Shown here: piece by piece, positions 1 to 11,541 of the stretch
Layout: each line of letters begins with the position of its first letter
How positions within the stretch are numbered: position 1 is the first letter of the stretch
Assembly (NCBI RefSeq): GCF_027921745.1
Contig: NC_079238.1
Location: 2,108,001 to 2,172,000 of the forward strand
Source: Schizosaccharomyces osmophilus
Taxonomy: Eukaryota
Length of the DNA: 64,000 nt
Reading direction: 5' to 3'
Notes under the pieces: generated by a model
The model's database searches: none
Told to the model about the DNA's origin: nothing
Seen by the model: the letters and a program-made list of their open reading frames with translations, nothing else
Made by a program: the position numbers and the translations under genes

Positions 1-1614
1 TGATAAAGCTTGCTTGGAGCGGCATCCTCAGGCACAGAACTTAGACCAGTCCATGACCGAGATTGGAGATATGCGGCAGCAGGCGAGTATACACCGTTAA
101 CTGTAAGATCCCGTTTAGAACGCTTTTCAACGGCGCTAGACCCATCCTCGTTCAATTTTCCTGTGTTATCTTCATCGGTATCCAAGGAAAGTTCTACATG
201 CCTCATAGGTGCTGAATTAACAAGCTTACCCGTTACGAGACTGAAATGAGGACTTTCACTTTCTTCATGTAAAGCGTCGTTCTTTTCAGTATTGCTTTCT
301 TGTTCTTCTGTCAATGAAAGCACACGATCAAATGATAATACACATTCATTTAACCAGGAAGTATCAGATGAAAGCGCCTTCATTAACTCGAAGGGAGTGA
401 CAATTGGGCGATAGAAGTCCTAAATATCGTCAGTACAAAATCATCGGTAAAAATTCATACCCTACTATCAATTAAGCTGTTTTCACCACAAGCGATTAAA
501 ACAAAACACTCTATTTCTTGGAAGTTGGCCAACTTTGCAGGATTCAATTTTCCAATGGCCAAAATATATGGCTTTTTACCAGCATTAAGAATAATCTTTC
601 GAAGTCTATCTAATACATTTAGATAATTCGAGACACCCAAAGTACCAACGATGATACCAATCACACCTGCATCTCGACATTTCTGCACCAAAGCATAACG
701 TCTTCGAAGTTTGGCACCGCCGAATGAGGATTCTTCAGTTATTGTCCCCTTTATAGGATCGAAAGACCAAAAATCTTTAACAACTGAGTAATGGGACATC
801 AAAATGGATGTTAATGTGGGAGAGTCAGGTCCTACAAAAACCAAAGAAACATCGGCTAGCGTAAGATTTTCTGGTAAACGAAAAAGGCGTCCTGGGATGG
901 TTGTACAGGCTTCCAATTCCAAATCAGGTTCTTCTCGTTTAACTAATGTGGACGCAATGATCGTTTTGAAGCCAGCTTCTTTCATCTTTTGAACAATAAG
1001 ATCTTGACAATAATACCACCGAGTATCGCTAACGATCAAAATTGGACTGTCAAGAGGGAACTTCTCTGTGAGATTGGTAACTATTTTGTTCGCATCAATT
1101 GGTAGTCTTCCAAATACATAAAGAACAGGAAGTCTGGATGTACTAAAATAATTGTTAGAAATTACGTCTTGTAATATGTCAACATACGGAGAAAGACATG
1201 CTCTTCCATAGTGCACAATGGCATCTGCAAACATGTGTTCAGCAGCTACTTCATCGACGCAGCAGCTTCCGTAATTTGTATCAGCAAGTACTTGAACAGT
1301 AGCATCCACTTGCTTAGAAATCAGCGATGCTACACGACCAGCATCTGCGAGATGTTCATCAGGAAATTGTAAAGCTACCTAAACCAAAATGCTTGTTAGT
1401 CAAACTGAACTGGCGTAATACATCAATCAATGCTGCAAAAAATAATAAAACTTACAGACTTATAACCGTTTGAGCGAATAAAGTCGACTGTTTTGTCCAC
1501 CTCAAATACATGCGACAAATCACCCTCAACTTTCAACGACTCGCCAATTGTCTTGGTCAATACGCTTTCCGAATTATCACTTAAGGGCACTGGAGCTGAA
1601 AGCTGGAAAGACAT
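1..1614 (-). CDS. dph2: Diphthamide biosynthesis protein 2; 3' end runs off the window. Exons 1614-1456, 1378-1188, 1142-461, 419-<1
   Basis: Family motifs VALQFPD, LADTNYGSCCVDEVAAEH and GKLNPAKLANF. GT-AG introns at 1455-1379, 1187-1143 and 460-420 with CTAAC/CTGAC branch points join the frames. Confidence 0.93.
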
Positions 1615-2596
1615 TCTCCTTACAATGATCTTTTGAAGTTTGCCCCTAGTATGTGTATTGGTTGAATCTAGTCAGTGCCAAAATCCGTACAAGATGGCAA
1701 TCCCAAGCAGTCAGGAATAGAAGAGATGCCTGCTCTAATTCAATTATCCTATTGCTATAGAATTGCAATAATTAGCGCTAGCAGATTGTTTACGTGTATG
1801 AAATTACAAGGGTTATTGAAGTTCAAACATTTACAGTAGCAAAGCAAAAGAAGCAGAATAACATCAATGAATATTTATATTATTAGTCTTCCATTGTAAA
1901 AAGCATTAACCATCAGCTTATCACACCAACGAAGTATTAAAAAAAATGAAAGACTTCATGTGTAATATAACTCCTAAAAACAAACTAAAATATTACATCT
2001 AAAGTAAAAGTGGCAAGAGAGAATTCGATTTGCACATTTTAGGATAAAGTCCTTCACAAGACAGTATACAGAAGATAAAAACAGCGAGCAACGCCATAAA
2101 CGAACAAAGAATTGAGGGACAAAAACGATGCTCTTTCAGCAGCCCTTGTTTCCATTATGAGACCAATCCAACATTTTTAATTAGTCAAGTTCAACCTGTT
2201 TGCTTTCCGACAAAACACCCAAAAAACAAAATAACAAGAAAACGTACATAAGCAACCAAAATTGGCAATGACTAGAAAGCAAATGCAAAGCAACAGCTGT
2301 TCTTGACTCTTTCTTAAATTCAGTTGAGTAAAAAGGCTTTCACAACTTCCGAACAGCAAAGAAAAAAGCCTCAACAGAATGTCTAATTAGATAATAAAAC
2401 AAAAGCAAGGAGTTTCTTTTTCCAACTATTATTACACCCAATCTTAACAAATCAAGTCGTTCCCAATGTAGCCTCCTTACATACAGATGCAGAATTGGTA
2501 TGGCAGCTTCCACATATCCCAAATCACCATAAGTTTATACACAGAAAAAAATAAACAGAATGTAGCTTATAAAGCTTTAAATTAATTCATCTCCCT

Positions 2597-4370
2597 TTAC
2601 TTATTACCTTTTGAAGACCGTTGAAACTCAAATTTCTGACCAGGTAATGGAGGAAAACCAAGAGCATGAGATTTCTCGGATGCTGATGAACTAGAGGCTG
2701 ACTGAGGGGGGGTTATGTCAGCTGTAGTGTCTGCTAAAGGGATGGGTGGTAAAGTTACTTCACCAAATGAAGGAAAAGAGGGCGGTGATTGAGGTCGGCT
2801 GAGTGTATGCGAAGAAAAATCGACTGGAGATAACTGTGGAGAAGTAGTGGCATTCGTATGGTACGGTGATGATGGCGTTGTAACGGACTGCCGTTTGCTG
2901 TAATATGGGAAAGCACGATGTTTATCACGAGCTTGGGATCTCGGACGCATAGGTAAGGAAGAATCATGATTGGAAAGACTGGCATGAGAAATATCTGTTG
3001 GAGGAAAGTTAAGGTGTGCTTCGGACACAGGGGATGATACGGTTGAAGCATGGATGGAAGGGGCAAGAAGATCCAGGGGCATTACCTGGGAGAGATTGAA
3101 GTCGGAGCTAGGGTCTGCGACGCTGGCAGGAGTAGAATTATCGGAAAGAGCAGAAAAAATGGAATGGTTGTCCGCTTGGGAAATCAAAGGATGCAAAGGA
3201 GCTTGTGACTGAGTCTGAACACCAGCGACACTGGGATCTGTAAAATCAAGATTAGGCAAATTTTGTAGACCATCAATGGCATTTAGACCAGGTAAGATAG
3301 CACTTTGTTGGCGTTCAAGCTCAAATTGCCTCATAGCGGCATCGTGAGCCTCATTATGCTCTTGAAGAGCAGATAACTCGTGCTCTGGCTGAGGAATTTG
3401 AGAATTTGGTACTACATCATTTAAAGCACCAAGATTCAAGTCATTTTTCTTGGATGGATCAAAGTCCATTTGGGTTAAAAGATTATGGATAAGATTGGGA
3501 TCTTTTGCCAAAGCACTGAGAGCATTGTTAATCGCAGAACCTTGAAGAACAGCATTTGCGGAAGAATTGGTAGCCAGTAAATCTAAGTCGGGCAAGAGAC
3601 CCTGAGAATTGGAACGAGAGACTCCATTGCTCGTACTGTTTTGAGCAGAGGCACGCTCCTTTTCTTTACGCTTGGAATGACGACGGTTAAACTCAGCCTC
3701 AATCCAGTTCGTTTTTTCGATGCTTGGTTCGCCGCCAAAAAGTTTTTTGGCCTTTTTGTTTACACGACAACGCAGGTCATTGTCTTTGTTACGCTCTTCA
3801 TTCTGTTCCCTCCAACGCTTTTTCCGTTCACGATTTTCAGAACGCGTTTTCTCTGAAGAAGTCATCTTCCTCGGAGGAGGGGGATGCTCAATGGCAGCTA
3901 CCTGTTTGTACAGCGGTCAGAATCATTCAACTAATGAAAAGGGACACCAACCAATCTACGATGAAGTTGGCTAACCCACAGAAAAGGTTGTGTATCCCGG
4001 GATCATTGCTTTTGTTTCACCTTGCTTGCAAAAAGGGGCGCATTCTAAACAAACGCTACAACACAATCCAGAGCAAACACAAGCACAAAAACATGATTCA
4101 AGACTACTTGTGCACCAGAACGAAAGCAAACAGAAAACTTTCGGGTGGACAAAAATTTTAGCATACCTGTTGAGCTATGTAAAATGCAGCCGCAGATGGA
4201 TCATTTGGATCAAAGGATAAAGGAGAATTGTTGTTATTATTACTTAAAGTTCCCAAGTTGGATAAGTCCGGAATGGCTGATAGACCGAGTGAATCCAACA
4301 GCTCCTGGGTGTTCCCAGACATTCCTAAAAATGCCTCCAGGTTTAGCTTTGTCAATCCGTCTTCAGTCAT
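2597..4370 (-). CDS. spp41: Spp41-like (DUF3020) transcriptional regulator. Exons 4370-4167 and 3901-2597
   Basis: DUF3020-type motif RSENRERKKRWREQNEERNKDNDLRCRVNKKA. A 265-nt intron at 4166-3902 (GTATGC...CTGAC...CAG) joins MTEDG...AQQ in frame to VAAIEHPPPPRKMTSS. Confidence 0.8.
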
Positions 4371-5058
4371 TCTGGGTTTCTCCACGCATGTATATATTTC
4401 CTTAGGGATTTAGCGGACTGAAAACGCTTCCAATCTGATTCTCGTTGTTTGTGTAGTTAAGAAAGTGCTCCCTCCTCCAAACATGTGAAGTGGCTAATCA
4501 ATCCCTAGGAACTTCCGCGGCTCTTTCCCACTTTCCCCGGTTACCGTTCTTAGCTTTTTCTCGCTAGCTGATCATACTCAAAATAACGAGCATCGGTCTA
4601 TATCCATAAACAAACATTACATTCGTCAACGCACTTTGTTATTGCATTTCAAAGAAGTGCGCTATTCCGCGGATTACATAGCATCACCAACACTTGAAGG
4701 CATACAGTAGAAGAAAGTCCAGGCAAGGTGTTCTGCAACTGTGTAGCAAGAACGCGTGCTGCGGAAGACATTGCAGTTCTCAAGACAAGAAATGTAGCGT
4801 CTCTTTTCATCGTGCTGATTTCAGTTATCGACAATGTCGACCTAGGACGGCTATGGAGCATCTCCTCTTTTGCTCGCCGACAGTATAGGAGTAAGAGGCA
4901 TCCTTTGAGTGTTCATGTCTCATCTAGTTGTCCCTACTGTCGGTTTACGTTGTAACACACGGCATGATTCTACTATTTTGTTATTCGTAAACATTTCCAA
5001 GAAAAATCCAATTTCCTTTTATACTCCATGAAAGCAACGTCACAAAGGAAGACTGCTT

Positions 5059-5066
5059 TGTGACTG
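5059..5066 (-). promoter_or_regulatory. Homol D box (CAGTCACA on the minus strand) upstream of spp41
   Basis: Exact TGTGACTG on the + strand, in intergenic DNA about 690 bp upstream of the spp41 ATG. Function is not shown. Confidence 0.4.
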
Positions 5067-5294
5067 ATTCTTGATAGTGTGTGCCTCTTTCTTTCCTTAC
5101 TGTGGTGACTTGGGTTCCATGGAGGATGTTAGAGAATAGCGTACGAAAACGATACTATCGTTTTTTAATATTACGAATTGGAACGTCAATGGTAAAATGA
5201 AGTTTACGTAGATGATGGTGCTTCGAAGTACTAGCTTAATGTGCTACTCTACGATTGTGTTTACATTTATTTCATAGGCCGCTTTATGGTACGG

Positions 5295-5339
5295 TAATGT
5301 AATATAATGAAATGTAATGTAGTGTAATGAAGTGGAGTG
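5295..5339. repeat. Degenerate (TAATG)n pentanucleotide repeat
   Basis: Sequence taatgtaatataatgaaatgtaatgtagtgtaatgaagtggagtg, downstream of the dca7 stop. Confidence 0.6.
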
Positions 5340-5649
5340 TTGTGTTTTTGCAAGAGAGAAATTGAACAAACTAATAGATTTTGTTGTAGTAATAATCATT
5401 ATCGTATCAAGGAACACTAGCATAATATATGTTACATGAGAAAGAAGGGAAAGAGTTTGTTGAGAAATTATCAAGAAGTAATTTTTTCGCTTTTTTCTCC
5501 TTTTTTTTTCTTTTTTTGTGGTTTCGTTCAATGGTTTTCATCAAGGGGATGGTAGCGCTTTTCCTCAAGCTGCTTGGGGTTTCTTGAAACTGGACTCATA
5601 GAGTGTGTACTAATTTGGATGTTCAGCACCCTGACATTCAGTTGCAAAA

Positions 5650-7161
5650 TTACAACGAGAATAGCTCTAGAGATCTAAACACATTATTAGCAATTGCGCA
5701 TTTCCACAGAGATGGAACTTACTTCCCGTACAAGGCAGCGATCGAGTCTTGCTTTCCGGACCAAGATATATTGTTTACTTCGCTTTCAAATTTCCGAGAA
5801 CCAATAGGCGAAAACCGGTTTTCTGTCGACGAACCCGTGCTATGCGCAGTCGGCACGGGTGTACCATATTCTGATATAGGCGCTGTTGTACCAGATGGCG
5901 TAACAGAGTTCGATCCCCGACGAGCGGGTGTTCCGCTTGTGCTCAAAGGACGTGACAAGTCCCATATATGAACCATGCTATCATCGCCACATGAAGCTAA
6001 CTTGCTTCGCGAATTTGGCATCCAGCTTACCGCGTTCACATCTCCGCCCCGGAGGCTACTTAAATTTGTGTATGCCACTCCTGGAGTTCGAATATCAATC
6101 ATTTGTATGTCCGATGATTTATGATGGAAAGTAGCCATCAGATTGGCATCAGCGTCACATGTAGCTAGCCGCACTAAAGGTCTGGAAACATTTCCAGCGC
6201 TGCCATCTGTATCTCCCGTACGCTTCCAATGGTTGCTATCTCCTTCATAAATAATTGTCGAATGGTCGAGAGAACTTTGTATTTGTCAGTAATCCGTCAC
6301 GACCATTTCACTTTTTATAAACATACCGTAAATCAAACATCCGCACACTTCCATCAGCCCCTACACTCACGAATACATGCATACTATCTTTTATAAATGC
6401 AACATCGTAGACCTCTCTGTCATGAGCAATCAATTGAGTTCTCGATTGCTGAGCAGCCACATCCCAAACCGTGCACGTAGTATCTAAACTACTGACAATT
6501 ATAAGCGATGGGTCTGCTTTACACCAATCGAGCGACGTGAGGGGAGCACCACTATGTGTCTTCCCTTGCTGAAAGTTGTGTTAGTGATTGACAAAAGACG
6601 CAATTGCATACATACCGTAGATAAAGCAGCTTCGCACTTGAGAGAGCCAGTGCTTTCTGAATCTATCGGAGCATTCCAAATTCTTAGTTTTTGGTCAGTT
6701 GATGCCAACAAATTTGTAGAAGCGTTTGGGTTCAACGACGGAGGGTTCCACATCAATTTGGTAACGGGATACTCCAAATCGTTTGCCGTTGAAAGCGACT
6801 TCTTCACTTCAGGCTTTCCATTTTCCTCATTCGATACTTGAAGAATTTGAATCTACGAATTGGTGAGTTGGGTGTCATCGTGCGTTTTGCTAGTTTCTTA
6901 ATCATTCAAGCGACATACCTTGTTGGCGGGTTCTTCAATCAAACTTCCTACAGCAACCCATTCCTTCGTACTGCTTTCTTGTTTTAACCAATCCAGACCG
7001 TAAGGCGTCCAAGGGAAATCAAATCCCGTCCGTTCATTTTCGCTGTCAAATTTGCTAGGAAAAGGCCTTCTTGGAGAGTTTAAAAACCGTCCAAAAGAAT
7101 CATACGTGGATTTTCCTACTCCTGCAGAAATAGAGTAGCGGTTTCTTCGCAAATCTGTCAT
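5650..7161 (-). CDS. dca7: WD40 protein, DCAF7/WDR68/AN11 family. Exons 7161-6919, 6852-6616, 6568-6327, 6274-5723, 5674-5650
   Basis: Motifs YPVTKLMWNP, APLTSLDW, SSLDTTCTVWD, TQLIAHDREVYDV, SVGADGSVRMFDLRSLDHSTIIYE. Four introns restore one frame, ending KSLELFSL*. Confidence 0.9.
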
Positions 7162-8331
7162 CTTATTGTATTCAATCCTGAAACTTTGCACTTAAGTATA
7201 GAATTAGAGGAAATGATGCATAGGCATCCACTACACCCACTTTTCAAGCCAAATCAAACAAACAGCCTGAATGCAAAAGAAATGTAGCTAAAAGGGTTAA
7301 AAAAACGATGTAGATGCCTAACTTTCGAGAAGCAGCCTTTCAGTCGCGGCGGCAGAAGGTGTTGTAATTATTGTCCTTTAATCATATATACTTACACCAT
7401 TAAATTACAGCTAGCACAACACAGCAAAGCCTCCAATATTATCATTTGTATGTTCTTTTGGAGATTTATTTAAAATTATTAATTATATGTTTTATGTAAA
7501 ATGAAATAGCTAATGTCGTTCTCAACAAAAATATCCTCTAGAATATCATATACTACAAATAACAGATGACCAAGGCCTGCTGCTGTTGAAGTAAGACCGG
7601 AAAAATACAATCATAATTTACTTTTTTTATTACTTACTTTCATACTGATGGCTAAACTAATTGATCAAAAGCATCCACGAATAGCAAATATGATGAATGC
7701 GACGTATTCTGCTTCATCAGTACTTAATGGTTAGGTAAAAATCAAGAAGTCATAGTGCAAAGCATCGATTTCGTAGAGTGTACCAAACAATAAAGTTCAA
7801 CCCTATTTGATTCAAAAACAATTCCAATGATGCTTCGCGTAAGACATCTTTTCGTTGACCAGATATACGAACACTGTGCAGACAAGGCTAAAGTAATCCA
7901 CATTGAGCGTATACAAATACCACCTCTTACTTTATATGAATGACTATTTGAGAAGGGCATTCCTAAACGCTGTCATGAAACTTCCAGACAGAGAGAAAGA
8001 GCATTGTGCCAGAAAAGACCATCAAATAAGGATTTGTAAACAACTCATGACTACAAACATTTTTTCTACTTGAAACCACTGTTGAAATCGAGTTTTTTCA
8101 TGAAAATGACTCCTTCCTATATCGATACTTCAATATGATATTTAAGTCCGTATACTCGTTATACTTATATTATGACTGGAATTCGTCGAAGGCTAAAGAA
8201 TGATCCCTACCCTTACTTAAATGGAGAGCTCGCTCAAATGACCGGACCTAAACAATTATCCAACAACGAAATACCGCCTGCTGTTGCATTTCCTCAATAC
8301 ATTGCAAGACAGGAATATTTTTCAATTAAAA

Positions 8332-11278
8332 ATGACTACGGTGTATCCAGAAAGCACCTCTATTGTTACATCAGCAGGTATGTTGGTTGATCATTTCATG
8401 AAAGTAGGAAAAAGCTAACGATTCGATAGGTGGTTTAATGTCCCTGCTGGATGAACAAGAAAAAGAGTTACAGATACATGCATTGTTGAAGATTTATGAA
8501 TTTATAGATCAGTTATGGCCTGAAATTTCTGACGATGTTACAAAAATTGAAGTAATGTATGAAGATCGCGCTTTTCCTGAACGGGAATTGGCAGCGTTAG
8601 TGGTTTCAAAAGTTTATTATTACTTGGGTGAATACGATGAAGCCCTTCAATTCGCTTTGGCCTCCGGTACAAAGTTTTTACAAGACAAAAACAGCAGCTT
8701 TAAGGAAACTCTTGTTTTCAAGTGCATCGATACTTTTATTCAACAAAGCTCAGAACGCTATATTAATTATGAGCTCGAGCCTATGGATGAACGCTTGAGC
8801 GGTGTCGTTGAGGGAATTTTTCAAAAATGCTATGCCAATAAGGAATGGCGACATGTTTTGGGTATTGCCATCGAGGCTCATCGTCTTGATTTAGTTGAAT
8901 ATATTTTAAATACTGCCAAGAATGATGATTTAAAACCATATGTCCTCGAGTTGGTATTGACTGTCGTTCTCGATATCGAATTCCGCAATCGTCTTTTGCG
9001 TCTTCTTTTGAGTTCCTTCTTGGTAGAAGCTGAGCCAGACTATTTCTCTATTGGAAAGTGCGTAGTCCACTTAAATGACGCTTCCGTTGCTGCGAAGTTA
9101 TTAATGAAACTATCCTCTCAAAATGATGACAAGAACTTATTGACTGCCTACCAACTGGCTTTTGACTTAGAAGATTCTGCACCCCAGGAATTTCTAAATA
9201 GTGTTATAGACCTCTTACCTGCCCCTACCTCATCAAATGTTGAAGGCGAATCAGAGAACACAGAAGTCGACGAATCTTCACCAATCTCTCGGATTCATTA
9301 TATTTTGTCTGGAGAACAAACAGTCAAATATCATCGTGAATTTTTGTATTCCCACAACAACACGGATATGCTCATTTTAAATAAGACCAAAGATTCTCTT
9401 GAATCCAGAAACTCAATCTTCCATAATGCCGTTACCTTTGCAAATGCCTTCATGAATTTTGGAACCTCTTATGATAACTTTTTCCGTGAAAATCTCTCTT
9501 GGTTATCCAAAGCAAACAACTGGTCCAAGTTCACGGCTACTGCTGCTCTTGGTGTTATTCATAGAGGATACTATAACCAAGCTATGAATATCCTCCGCCC
9601 TTATTTACCTGAAGAGGATGCCCCTTCTAGTTCTGTTTATTCCGAGGGTGGTGCCTATTACGCCATGGGTTTGATAAATGCCAACCATGGTCGTGGCGTT
9701 ACAGAGTATTTGCGTGAGCAATTGAAGCGTTCCGAAGACGAAACAGTTCAATATGGTCTTATTCTTGGCTTGGGTCTCACTGGTATGGCCAGCCGTGATG
9801 AAAGTCTCTACGATGCTGTTAAAACCGTGCTTTTTAACGATAATGCCGTTGCTGGTTCTGCTGCTGGTATTTCAATGGGTCTTATCATGCTCGGTAGCGC
9901 ATCTTCTACTGCCATTGATGAAATGTTGCAATATGCTCATGAAACACAACACGAGAAGATTATTCGCGGTTTAAGTGTTGGTATCGCTTTGATTGTTTAT
10001 GGTCGTCAACAGGAAGCTGATGGTATAATTGAACAACTTAACGCTGACTCTGATCCTGTTCTTCGTTATGGTGGTATGTTCGCCACCGCTTTAGCTTACT
10101 GCGGCACTGGCAACAGCAAGATTATCCGCAAGCTTCTTCATGTTTCCGTTAGTGATGTTAACGATGATGTTCGACGCGCTGCTGTTTGTGCATTAGGTTT
10201 CATTTGCTGTAAAGATCCTACTGTGCTAATCTCTACCGTTGAACTGCTTGTTGACAGTTATAATCCTCATGTTAGATACGGTAGTGCAATTGCTCTTGGT
10301 ATTGCATGTGCTAATTCTGGATCTAATGCCGCTTTGGAATTACTTGCTCGATTAGTCGAGGATGCTACTGACTTTGTACGCCAAGGTGCAATGATTGCTC
10401 AGGCAATGATTCTTACCCAACATAATGAACAATTAAATACGAAGGTTTCTGGAGTTCGCAAGCATTTCGAACAAGTTGTCAGTGAGAAACACGAAGATGC
10501 ATTGGCTAAGTTGGGTGCTACCTTAGCTCAGGGTATTATTGATGCTGGTGGTCGTAACGTTACTATTGCTCTTCAAACTGCTACTGGTAGTTTGAGGCTT
10601 TCTGCCATTGTTGGCTTAACCGTTTTCTTACAGTATTGGTACTGGTTCCCCTTAACTCACTTTATGTCTCTCTCTTTCTCTCCGACTGCACTTATTGGTT
10701 TAAATCAGAACTTGGACGCTCCCAAGTTCAATTTTGTCTCCAATGCTAAGCCCAAGTTGTTTGCGTATCCCCCTAAAATTGTTCAGCCAGCAGCGAAGGC
10801 CGTTCAAAAGGTAGAAACAGCTGTTTTATCAACTACAGTCAAAGCAAAGGCAAGGGCAAAGCGTGCTGAACGTGAAAAACAGGCCAAGGAGACTGGAGAC
10901 GAAATGAAAGTTGACAAGAAACCCGAAGAACCAGAAGCAGATAGCAATGCTATGGAAATGGATGAAGAGAAATCTGATGAAGTTACCAAGTCCGAATCGA
11001 CTAAAAAAGAAGAACCCAAGCGTGAAGCTTTAGAGAATTTTACTCGCGTGGTTCCTGCTCAATTACCATACATTTCGTTTAACGTTAATGGAAGATACTA
11101 TCCGGTTCGTAAATTTACTGGCGGCGTATTGATGCTAATCGATCGTGAGTCCGACAAAGCCCCAAATTTGATTGAGTTGAACAGAGATGCTCCTACACCA
11201 CAGGCTAATGCTGAATCTTCAGAGCAAGAGGCCCCACCCCCAGAGGACTTTGAATACCCTTTTGATGATGATGAGTAG
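8332..11278 (+). CDS. rpn2: 26S proteasome regulatory subunit Rpn2. Exons 8332-8377 and 8430-11278
   Basis: PC repeats, NWSKFTATAALGVIH, QYWYWFPL, acidic tail PPEDFEYPFDDDE. Intron GTATGT...CTAAC...TAG at 8378-8429. Confidence 0.97.
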
Positions 11279-11541
11279 TTTAAATCTATCACATACTGGT
11301 GAACAAAAAAAAGTAAATGTTAGAAACGGCTTGCTACGATTTATTCTAGATGATTCTTATCAATATATACAATACATATAAGCTTGTATTTTATTTGTAA
11401 ATTATGAGAACTTAAATAATAAACAAGCATGCTCCAGTTGTTTTAAACGAACGTATGGTGAATGAAGTGTAGAAGCTATAATTGATATTCATATCCCTTT
11501 TATTGTTTCATAAGATGCTTAGGTTTACTTACCTCGAGCCT

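Noticed and set aside
4705..4970. GAAGAAAGTCC resembling the RNase P/MRP CR-I motif
   Set aside because: I found no complementary CR-V/P4 partner downstream. The region is kept only as a generic structured segment.
7643..7722. ATGATGA C-box-like motif within a TACTGATG/CATCAGTA inverted repeat
   Set aside because: No properly placed CTGA D box and no recognisable rRNA guide.
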